This document shows, piece by piece, positions 13,801 to 25,800 of a DNA stretch of 64,000 nucleotides. Both the position numbers and the translations under genes were made by a program. Source of the DNA: Malacoraja senta (taxonomy: Eukaryota); the NCBI GenBank assembly GCA_038087875.1, contig CM075988.1:25978001-26042000 (forward strand). The letters are read 5' to 3'. How positions within the stretch are numbered: the stretch's first letter is position 1; each line of letters starts with the position of its first letter. A model generated the notes under the pieces. The model did no database searches. It was not told the origin of the DNA and saw only the letters and a program-made list of their open reading frames with translations.

Positions 13801-16800
13801 TTTCTAATTTAAAATTATCTTTAATTTATAGTTGAATCTCCTCAAAGGAAACTTCGGGGAAGACAACGGACATTTTCTTCGCAAAGCTCGGATGTATTAT
13901 CAGATTCATCCTCTGCACTGTCACCTCCAAACAAGGTTGAGTCGAAGCCTGTTGATAAAGAAAAGAAGCAAGAATTAAACACCAGTGAGAGGAAGAGGGG
14001 TCGGCCTCCAGTGTTGAGCAATCCAAAGCTTCACGTTGCACAAGATAAGAAGGAAACAACAAATGGGAAAACAGAGAAACAAAAAAATGAAAAAGAAAAG
14101 AAAGAGAAGAAGAAACCTGCATTATTGCAGCAGGTGACAAAAATAAAGAAACTGAGAGTAGTTAAACTGTCACCTTTGCAGTCCAAATTGAAGAAAGCTA
14201 AACTACAGATTAATAACAATGGGGGAAAGATTGAACGGAAGAGAGGGAGGCCACCATCTTCGGAGCGTTTGAAGACTGTTCCAAAGCTCCTTGTTCCAAC
14301 ACAGACTAAGAAACAAAAGAGGCTATGCAAGGAGAAAGATGGAACACCAACACAAAAGTCGCCAGTGACAAAAGAGATGAAGTCTTCTGTCAGACAGAGG
14401 CCCCGCAGGATAACCAAGCCAGTCAGAGTTGTTCCTGTCACTAAAAGGACTGATGCAGCTATTGCAAAACAGCTCTTACAGAGAGCCAAAAAAGGAGCTC
14501 AGAAACGCATGGCTTCACCTCAACCGAAAAATATTCGTCAGTTTATCATGCCAGTCATCAGTGCCATTTCTTCAAGGATAATTAAGACTCCAAAAAGATT
14601 TATTGAAGATGACAGCTATGTACCTCCTGTCAAAGCTCCACGCCTAGAGTCAACTCCAACTAGTCGGTTCAGCTCAATATCTTGTGGATCTAGTGAGAAG
14701 TCCAGTGCTGTTTCACAGCATTCTTCACAAATGTCTTCTGATTCTTCGAGATCAAGCAGCCCCAGTGTTACCTCCACTGATTCACAGGTATCTGATGAAT
14801 TGCAGACTCTTCCTGAAGTACCAACTCAGTCTCCAGATTTGCACAGTTGTTTAAATGCCTCACAGTCCAGTGAACCAGGAGGGGCAGATAAAAAAGGTCA
14901 CCGATTTTCAATGCCAGAAAGAAGCAATACTACAAGCAAGAAATTGCCAACTTCCTCCCCACAGCCAACATCCTCATCTCCACCACCACCATTGCTTTCT
15001 CCTCCTCCTCCCCTACAGCAAACCTCAAACGTATCTGATCATTCTCCCTGGCTGATGCCTCCAACCATACCATTCATTTCACCACCAACAGGCTTGCCAG
15101 AAAAACGGAAGTCTATCTTAAGAGAACCAACATTCAAATGGACATCTCTGAAAAACCTGAGGCCAGAATCGCATCAGTACTTCTCCTCAGCAAAGTACGC
15201 CAAAGAAGGACTTATCCGCAAGCCAATATTTGATAACTTCATAACGTCACCACTAACCCCTGAAGATGTTGGTTTGTCAACCAGGTTTCATTCATCTCCC
15301 AGCACACCACCACCACCTCGACTTTTCTCCTCGCTTCATCCTGCCTCCAGGTTTGATACTCACAAAAGAAGTCCACTGCTCCGCGCTCCGCGATTCACTC
15401 CTAGTGAAGCCCACTCCAGGATTTTTGAGTCTGTTACTGTATCACCACGGAATCTGCTTCGATCTTCAGTTTCTTCCTCGGGTAAAGGGCATTCTTCTAA
15501 AAGGAAGAACAAAGAGTTGCATATTTCAAGCCGTATTGATCCTAAATCTCCGTCACACTCCATGAGAACCAGAAGTGGGCGACTAATATCTGCTGATCTG
15601 TCACCTATCACTCCACAGACACCCGTAACGTCCTCATCTCCTGTAAGCTCCATAATAACTGGTGCCTTAACTCCCCCTCTTGGTAGTTTGGTGCAATCTG
15701 AGGGAACAGTAAAGGATAAAGATGGTAGAACAAAGTTATCATCTCGACAGACCAGCACTCCAGGGGACAGCTTCTCTGCAGACTCGTCCAGTCCAGCATC
15801 TCCATTGTATCCAACAGTCACATCCAGTGCTCAAAAGGACAAAGGCAAAAGCAAGGATAGGCAAAGTGAAGGCATGGTCAAAGAGAGAGATTCTGAGAAA
15901 GGGTCAGAGAAAGACAGAGAACGAGATAAAGAAAAGGAAAATAAACGCGAATCAAGGAAAGAAAAGAAATTGCAAACTAAGGGGACAGAGCCTCAGAGTC
16001 CTACACCAATGTTCCTTTACCCAGTTGCAGTGGCTGAAGACCAAACTGTTGGAGAGGATGTGGTTGCCTCATCATCAGTGAAAAAGGTTTCAGGGAGAGC
16101 CAAAAGGTCAAATTCAACTGATAAAGGTGCAGGGAGTTTGGGAGATGGTTCTTCCTCAACACTTTCTGATGGGAAGAATAAAAACTCCAAGAAAGGCAGA
16201 TTGGGAACTGAAGAGGTGGTACCTGTAACTGGTGGGACAGAAAGCAGTACAGCTACATCCATAGGCAACAAAGACAAGCCTCGACATCCTTCTATAACTT
16301 CTATGCTCTCATCTGGCACTCTTAAGCACTCTGCACCTGCTATCAGTAGTATGTTAGCACAAGCAGACAAAATGCCAACAACTGATAAGCGAGTGGCAAA
16401 CCTATTGAGAAAAGCTAAAGCACAGCTTTGCAAGATTGAAAAGAACAAATCGTTAAAAATTGCTAACCCAACAAAATCTCAGGTATGTACAACAAGGAAC
16501 TGCAGTTGCTGGTTTACAAAAAAAGACAAAGTGCTGGAGTGACTCAGCAGGTCAGGCAGCATCTCTGGAGAACATAGGCAATGTTTTGCATCAGGACCTT
16601 CAATCTGATTGTGGTTGGGATGAACAAGAAACATGGAAGAAAGGAGAGACAGGACAAAGCCTGGCATCTCCTCCACGATCAATCTGATGACGGGTCCCCA
16701 CCCAAAACGTCACCTATCCATTTTCTCCAGAGATGCTGCCTGATCTGATGAGTTATTCCAGCATTTAGTGCCAATCTTTGGTATAAGCCAGCATCTGCAG

Positions 16801-19800
16801 GTCCTTTTTATTATATTAACTAGCTGTTCATGTTGTGTAAGTATTGCCTCTACCCCAAGGCCTTCCAAAGCTCTTGACTCACTGAGATCTTGACAGCCCA
16901 GCATTTGGAAAGAGATAGTGCACTTTGCTTGAATAAAAGTTCCCCATGGTTATTCGGTTATTCACTCAGAAGCATGAAGGCAATTCTTGCTAGATAGCAC
17001 CATTTTATCTTCTAACAAATCGGGAAGAGGCAGTTAGGTCCATGCTGGTACTCGGGAGAAATTCCATTCTCCCTTCCTTATTTCCCTCTGCCCTGCAGCC
17101 AAGCATTGGATTCTGCCTTGGATTGAAGGACTTAGCCCAATTGGAATTATATTTCAATCAAATTGATGAAGGCGATTATAGGGAAAAGCTATTGTTTGCA
17201 CTGTAATCCATTCTATTCCATTTGTTGTTTTTATAGTGTTTAAGAATGCTGGTATTCAAGCAATGTTTTGGAAGTAAATTTTGGTTAAATCTGGTTAAAT
17301 GTTGCGTGGATGTGCAGCAACACAGAGTGCTTTGCGGGGTTAGTGAGGTATTGCTTTATATTTTGCAGCTATAAGTAGGCTTTGTCTTTGGTCGCACACT
17401 GCCTGGTCCATTTCTGGATTGTATGATTGTGGAGATTCTGATCAGATGGTCAGATGAAGATTAACGAGCACAGGATCTGATTTGCTGGGCTGTTCTTGTG
17501 CACTCCTTTGGCAGCATGAATTTGTGAACATGTGTTTTTTCTCCTTGTTCCTCCTTTCCTGAGGCATGATGGTACAGTATGTACCTAGGCCCTTTGGTCC
17601 AACTCAGCCATGCTGACTGAGATGCCTCTCTATACTCATCCTATTTTCCTGCATCTGCCCCATACCACTCTGCTCTTTTCCTATTTGTGTACCTGTCCAA
17701 ATGTTTTTTGAACACCGTGATTCAACCTGCTTGTACCATTGCCGTTGGCATCTTGTTCCATATGCCCACCATTCTCCAGGTTAAAAACGTGCCCCTCAGA
17801 TCGCCTTTAAATATTTTATCTCTCCTTAAAACAAAGTCCTCTAATTTTAGACACGCCTACCCGTAGAAAATACTGCGACTATCTACCCTATTATGTAGCC
17901 TCGTAATTTTATAAACCTATATGGTTGCCCGTTTGCCTCTTGCACAACAAGGGAACAATTCCAGCCGATTCCATCAAGCCTCCATTCCAAGCAACATCCT
18001 GGTGTATCTCTTTTGCATTCTTTCTTGCATCAACACATTTTTTTCCTATAGAGTGCTGACCAGAACCACACACATTATTCCAGGGGTGACCTAACCATTG
18101 TCTTGTATCATGCGTCATTTGCATCGGCATCATAATGTCCCCATTGCAGACGACAGCTTCACCAGCCTGTTGTTTTTCGGCTTATCCCAAACATTCTTCT
18201 TCAATTGGGAACAACATTAGCTTCCCTCTGGTCATTGGCAAAAATCCCCATTAGAGCCCAGCCAACCCTTCAAGCGAAGGGTTCCATATCACCTAAGGTT
18301 TATCTTGGCCTGGGGATTTGTTCACTTTATTGTTCTTCAGTATCTCTAACACTTGCTCTTTCCTGAGACACACAAGTCCCAGACTCTCAGCGTACACCTC
18401 ACCTACTTCTCCCACATACATATTTTGCCTACAGATGTACCTTATGGGTAGTTCTCGCCAAGGGTTCTCGCCCATACCTGAGAATGAATATTACAAAAAA
18501 AAAATGCTGATATTGCCAGAAATTTACAACAAATTATAACACATGCAACTGTTGGAATCTTGAGCAAATCATAAAGTGCTGTAGGATCTGCTGAGTTCCT
18601 CTAGCATTGTGTATTTAGAACAGACAATTACAGGATAAATAGATGTTGTTATTCTGATGTATTAATATTTCTGTATCATATGTTCAGAAACCATTTTTGA
18701 CGATTAGAATGAGGTTAATACTGTTTATTGTTATGGATGATTATTACCATGCAAAGTTTGTGCAGGCAAAGAAATCGAACCAGAGTTCTCTTTTTTTCTA
18801 TGTATCTCTGATGAATGATCTGTTATATTTTGTTGATTAATTTAGGGTCAAGAGAGTGATTCTTCAGAAACATCAATACCAGGCCCTCGCATTAAACATG
18901 TTTGCAGACGGGCTGCTGTTGCACTTGGTCGGAAAAGGGCGGTGTTCCCTGACGACATGCCTACCCTGAGTGCCTTGCCATGGGAGGAGAGAGAGAAGAT
19001 ACTCTCTTCAATGGGAAATGATGGTAAGCAAATCAAATACTTAATGTTTACCTGATAGTGTTGTCGGACTTTACTATTTGGAGGTAGAATTAGACCTCTG
19101 TGCAATTGTTTTCAGGCACAATTGGAAAAAAAACCTGGTTCTGCATAAATGCAGTTTCTAAAACATGGATTCTTAAAAATATGACATCTGATAATTGATG
19201 TGGTTATTTCAAATTGGAATTTCACTCTGTGACATAAAGGATTATTTCAGACTATTATGTTAATATTTCAGTCAAAATTGGATGAGAGCATAGTATTTGA
19301 ACTAAATTATGCACACCTAACAAGAAATATGAATGCAATCACCATTAGGTAATCTTCGAGGTCACCTTAACAAGTGATATTGTCTAGAAAATGCTGTTTA
19401 CACATTTGTTCTGTGAAATATTAACTGAACTTGAGGTATAAATTAATTGACTGATGTGGTTTGACTGATTTCTAATTAAATAATTACTTTCCGGGCAAGG
19501 AGACCTGCACCCAGAGAATATAGGGCTGTTAAAATAGACATGAAGTCCTAGACTTAGTCATGCATCATGGAAACAGTCCCTTTGGCCAAACTCATCCATG
19601 CTGACCAAGCTGCCCCATCTAAACTAGTCCCATATCCCCACATTTGGCCCATATCTATCTAAACCTATCTGTGCACCTGTCCAAATGTCTTAATTGCTGT
19701 TACAGCACCTTCCTGAACTACCTCCTCTGGCAGTTCGTTATACCCACCACCCTCTGAAGAGAAAAAGTTGCCCGTAGGTTCATATTCAATCTTGCCCCTC

Positions 19801-22800
19801 TCACCATAAACTTACGTCCTTTGGTTGTTTGATTCCTCTACCATGGGAAAATTAATTGTATAAAAATGCTGACATTCTATTAACATTTGTTAGAAAGTCT
19901 CAAAGTTTGTTTTAATCGTTTAATGAACAGTTTTAATAGGACACAGTATTATTACATGCTTAGAAAAAACACTGGTTCTTCCTCCTTTGTAAGAGAGCTC
20001 TGTTATGCGATGATGTCTTTAATGGATTACCACAGTGAGTGTACAGTATGAGGAAGCCAGTGCTTCATTTGTTGAATGAAAGACATATTGTAGCTTGGAC
20101 TTAAAATAAAAACTTAATAACATTCCAAACGTGGAATGGGGAGCATGCGAACTTTACTACAAAAATGTGACGGTAGTGAAAGAGAATGTTGAGGCAAGCA
20201 AAAGTCTAGCAACTATTTGGTTTACAGCCATAGTTTATTTGTGAGTTGGAAATTGCTTTGCAATTATTGTTCCACCCAGGTGGAAAAGTGTTCTCAGTGT
20301 CTGACTGAAATTTAACAGCCATTCCTGGAAATGTTTTGTGCATGTCTGAACACAGCTGTCTTCCAGCAGCTGAACATTTAAATATTTGAGATGCTGCACT
20401 CTAAATATTTAAACTATGGTTTGATGTGTTTACGACGTTCTTGGAAGGGTTTGTAAGGCAGGTTTGAGATTTCTCTCCCTGTGATGAAGTTGTGAGGCTG
20501 ATATACAGAGTTGCTGCTTTGGAATTGGTTTGGATTGTACAGTGCCCTCCATAATGTTTGGGACAAAGACCCATCATTTATTTATTTGCCTCTGTACACC
20601 ACAATTTGTGATTTGTAATATTAAAAAAATCACATGTGGTTAAAGTGCACGTTGTCAGATTTTATTAAAGGCCATTTTTATACATTTTGGTTTAACCATG
20701 TAAAAATTACAGCAGTGTTTATACATAGTTCCCCCATTGCAGGGCACCATAATATTTGGGACACATGGCTTCACAGGTGTTTGTAATTGCTCAGGTGTGC
20801 TTAAATGCCGCCTTAATGCAGGTATAAGACAACTTTCAGCACTTAGTATTTCCTCCAGTCTTTCCATCACCTTTTGGAAACTTTTATTGCTGTTTATCAA
20901 CATGAGGACCAAAGTTGTGCCAATGAAAGTCAAATAAGCCATTATGAGACTGAGAAACAAGACATCAGCCAAACCTTAGGCTTACCAAAATGAACTGTTT
21001 GGAACATCATTAAGAAGAAAGAGAGCACTGGTGATTTTACTAATCGCAAAGGGACTGGCAGGCCAATGAAGACCTCCACAGCTGATAACAGAAGAATTCT
21101 CTCTATAAGAAAGAAAAATCCCCAAACACCTGTCCGACAGATCAGAAACACTCTTCAGTAGTCAGGTGTGGATTTGTCAATGACCACTGTCTGCAGAAGA
21201 CTTCGTGAACAGAAATACAGAGGCTACACTGCAAGATGCAAACCATTGGTTAGCCGCAAAAATAGGATGGCCTGCAAAACAGACCTGGCAGAGCATCACC
21301 AGAGAAGACACCCAGCAACTGGTGATGTCCATGAATTGCAGACTTCAAGCAGTCATTGCAAGCAAAGGATATGCAACAAAATACTAAACATGACTACTTT
21401 CATTTACATGACACTGCTGTGTCCCAAACATTATGGTGCCCTGAAATAAGGGGACTATGTATAATCACTGCTGTAATTTCTAGTGACTGGAAATGTAAAT
21501 ACTGTCGAGCAATGAATCAATGAAAACGTGTTCTCCAGTGATTCACCACTGCATGGAGGATACAGCAGAAATTTATTAGATCAGATTTTAACCACGTGCA
21601 TAAGGGAACAATTAATATGTAACCATTTCTGTCTTGCAGATAAATCATCAGTCGCTGGGTCAGAGGATGCTGAACCACCCACACCAGTAATTAAACCAGT
21701 AGCCAAGCACAAAGTCCCACAGGAGCCTATTGTTCGTAAAGGGCGGAGATCACGTAGGTGTGGACAGTGTCCGGGCTGCCAAGTTCCAGATGATTGTGGC
21801 CAGTGTACAAATTGCTTGGATAAGCCCAAGTTTGGTGGTCGAAATGTAAAAAAGCAATGTTGCAAGTGAGTAACATTTCGTATGCACCTATTTGAAAGGA
21901 AAAATTAGTTAAATTTATTGCTTTTCTGAAATGGTCATAAGTGATAGGAGTAGAATTAGGCCATTCCACCTATTGTCTACTCCGCCATTCAATCATGGCA
22001 GATCTAGCTCTCCCTCCTAACCCCATTCTCCTACTTTCTCCCCATAATCTCATGACACCCACACTAATCAAGAATCTATCTATCTCTGCCTTAACTATCC
22101 ACTGATGGCCTCCACAGCCTTCTGTGGCAAAGAATTCCACAGATTCACCACCCTCTGACTAAAGAAATTTCTCCTCATCTCCTTCCTAAAAGAACGTCCC
22201 TTAATTCTGAGGCTATGACCTCTAGTCCTAGACGCTCCCACTAGTGGAAACATCCTCTCCACATCCACTCTATCCAAGCCTTTCACTATTCTGTATGTTT
22301 TAATGAGGTCCCCCCTCATTCTTCCAAACTCTAGCGAGTACAAGCCTAGTGCCGACAAACGCTCATCATATGTTAACCCACTCATTCCTGTAATCATGGT
22401 AGGACTATACACTCACTTATCTGAGAAATACTTCACATGGTTTACAAATAACTTTTAAAGTGTGGAGCCGTGCTGCATAGGGATATGTGGTTTCTAATTA
22501 GTTCAGAATTTGTGTTCTTAAACAATAAAGGAGATTAATTATTGGTTTTGTGGTTTGGTAGAGAGATGAATTTGTGGTAGAAAGCACAAGATTCTTTAAA
22601 TAGAACCACAGAATGTTTGATGCCCAACTGAACATGCATGGCATGACCCTCGTTAATAATGAATCCCCTATTTACTTAGTGAAGGTGTTGGATGATGAAT
22701 TTAAACATCAGTTGGCAGTAAATTATTTGTGTAGAATGCAGGAAACTTCCAAATTGTATCTGTTTATTCCTCAACCTGCTCAGGAAAACTGTTACACAGA

Positions 22801-25800
22801 AACATTTTGTTTCGCAACTGATTATGTTGGGATAAAGTCAACAATGGGTTCTTCCCTTGATACTTGTTTATTGAACTTGGATGAAAATGGCACATGGATG
22901 TTTGGATTTGGTCAGATCTTGGATTTTATTATACCCTTTTCTGGCTGAATGGCATCCCAGGTTTATCTTTGCCAGTTGTATGGACACTTGAATGGGTTAT
23001 TTAGAAGTTGCTGGTGCCCATGGTTCTCCCCCCAGTAAAAGTTGATGTTAGGCAAAATGAGGACTGATAACATGTTCATGTAAATAAAGTGTTTTTCTGG
23101 GATAGTTTTCTTCAGCCAAATAGAGAACAGGTTTTACTGGATGTGATATTGAATGTTGGCTGGATTAATTAATGACATCGTATGAAGGTAACAATGATGT
23201 CAATATGATGGAATGTCACTTTGAGCGAAAGAAGAATGTGTCCATGTAAGGGCGATTATGAGGCCATTAGCACCAGCTAAAGTGAACTAGGGGATAGATT
23301 AGTCGAGAAACCGTGACAGATATTTAAGTCGCAGAACAGATGCAGTCCAGTGAGAGAGAGAATATTCAACAATGGACTTCCTTCCGATCTGTAATTAACT
23401 AAAAAGTTAAATACTGAGCCTAAAGAAAAAACAAATCATTGTGCAAAGATGGGTGACAGGTGTGATGAGTGGATAAAATTTAAATAACTACAGAATGATT
23501 AAGATTAATAAAGAAGGAATTAAATGTGAGAAAGCAAATCTGAGGGATTAATATGAAAATGATATTAAACTGGCCATGAATCTTCATCGTCTCTGGGCAT
23601 TGAGATTAAACATTAGCAAGTCATGTTGTAGTTGTATAATACTTTGGTTCGGCCACATTTGGAGTTTTCTGTGCAGTTCTAGTCATTACACCATAGACAG
23701 GATGTGGAAGCTTTGGAGAAGGCAAAGAGGAAGTTTACCACGACAATGCTGCATTTGAGTGTATTATAGAAGAGATTTGACAAAGTTGGGATTTGTTTCC
23801 TGTGCTGCGTTGGAAGCTGAGGAACACGCTGATAGAATTATGTCATATGAGAAGCAGAGATTGGGCAGAACCCTTTCCCAGGATGGAAACATTGAACAGG
23901 AGAGGGCATGGGTTTAAGGTGAGAGGTTTAAAGGAGATGTGAGAGGTAAGATATTCTACACAGAGAGCGATAGGTGCCTGAAACATTCTTCCAGGGAAGG
24001 TGATATCGCTAGGAAAGTGGTACTCAGTAAATTTGTTGGATTGTGGACTTCATCCAGGGTCTGAAGAAGGGTCTCGACACGAAACGTCACTTGTTCCTTC
24101 TCTCCAGAGATGCTGCCTGTCCCGCTGAGTTACTCCAGCTTTTTGTGTCTATCTTCATCTTAAAAGCATGAGATTTAATGTGTTTGTTTCCACATTTTCA
24201 GGAAAAGTTCTGTTTGTTAGAAGATTGGTAAATGCAACTCCTTCATTCAAAAAGGGATGGAGAAACAAAAATATATATCACAGGCTAATCAGTTTATCAT
24301 CTATCATAGAGAACAAATTAGTAGCTAAAGTATTACTGCAGGGCACTCGGAAAAATTCAATATAATCTGGCAAAGTCGACGTGGTTTGTCCATTTTATTG
24401 GAGTTATTTGAAGAAGTGCTGTAAATAAAGGAAAGCTGGTGGATATGCTGCACTTGGATTTATGAACGCATTTGATAAGGTGCTTTGAAGTTTATTTAAG
24501 AAAATAAAAATTTATGGTGTAAGTGGCCATGATTTGGTATGGATGGAAGATTGGCTGGATAGCAGGAAACAGACCAGGAATAAATTAGCTTTTTCTAATT
24601 GGGAAGATGTAATAAATGACGTGCTGCAAGTATTGGTACGTGGGCTTCAACTATTTACAATTTGTCTAAATGACATTGAAGGCACCAAAAATATCATAAA
24701 GTTTGATGCATAAATATGTTGGAAGGTAAATAATGAAAAGGGCAAAATTTGGGCAGGAATAAATAACTATCAGTGAAATAACGAGATTATTAAAATATTT
24801 TCTCTCAGATGGTCGTGAGCGGTTATAACTCTTCTGAAATCTTGGGGAAGCAGAATCTTTGACAGCTTTTAAGGCAGAGATAGATAATATTTTTACTAAA
24901 TGAGGAAGCAACATCCATCTGGGCTAAGGTGAATTGTGAGGGCTCATAGTAAGCACATCAGCCTTAAACATTTTGAAAAGCAGAACAAGCTTGAGAGATC
25001 AAATGACCTGAACCTATTCTTAATTCTTATATTTGTATGTATGCATGAGCCATCGCATTTACCTATAGACAGCAATCCATAGGCTAGAGATTTCTGTCTT
25101 GATAACAGAGAATGATCAGATCAAAATATAGAAGTCTACCCTTAACTCCAGGCCCTTTTGAGCTTTCAGGCTTCCCAAATACACTTCATATGGGATCGGT
25201 GTATATTTATGTATAATCCCTGATTTAGGAAGTCATTTGATATGATTTGTAGTGTTACTGAGGTTTAAGGCAAACTCCATGTAAGTGCTCCCGTTGATTG
25301 TACACAGTCAGAATTGAGACCAAGCTATAAAAGGTGTAGTGTCTGTAAATGTAAGTGAACGCCACAGCTCATTAACCTGTTCCCTTTTGTGCCATATCTA
25401 TAAAACATCTCACTAACTCTTTTTAAATGCAGAATGCGGAAATGTCAGAATCTTCAATGGATGCCTTCTAAAGTACCTCCTCCAAAATCTGTTAAAGGTG
25501 AGTATGTCCTTATCTGTCCAGAGCTGGACTCTTGAATTGGTCGGTTAAGCTGTTGAATTGGGAGAGGGTTAACAGAAAATGAATGCATGTACCCGACAAA
25601 AATAATAACTGTTTGAGTATGGTATCTGATGCACATTAAACTATATTGGATCTTTGATCACTGCCTTCAGGAGAGAATAAAGGAATTTGGGTGAATTTGA
25701 CTAGAATTGTGTCAGTTCATAATTTGGCTTATGAATTTTAACTTTGATTCTTAGTGAAGAAAAAGGAAAAGAAAACAAAAATACAAGAGAGAAAGGAGGT

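Noticed and set aside
13826-16448. Several 100-150 aa antisense or alternate-frame ORFs over exon 3
   Set aside because: Shadow ORFs of a long Ser/Pro/Lys-rich exon; no recognisable motifs.
14011-16542. 843 aa ORF as a standalone gene
   Set aside because: It is KMT2A exon 3. The true start is the acceptor at 13832, and the last 19 codons are intron/PLE read-through past the donor at 16482.
20905-21387. Functional or domesticated Tc1 transposase
   Set aside because: In-frame stops, frameshifts and deletion of the DDE catalytic region.
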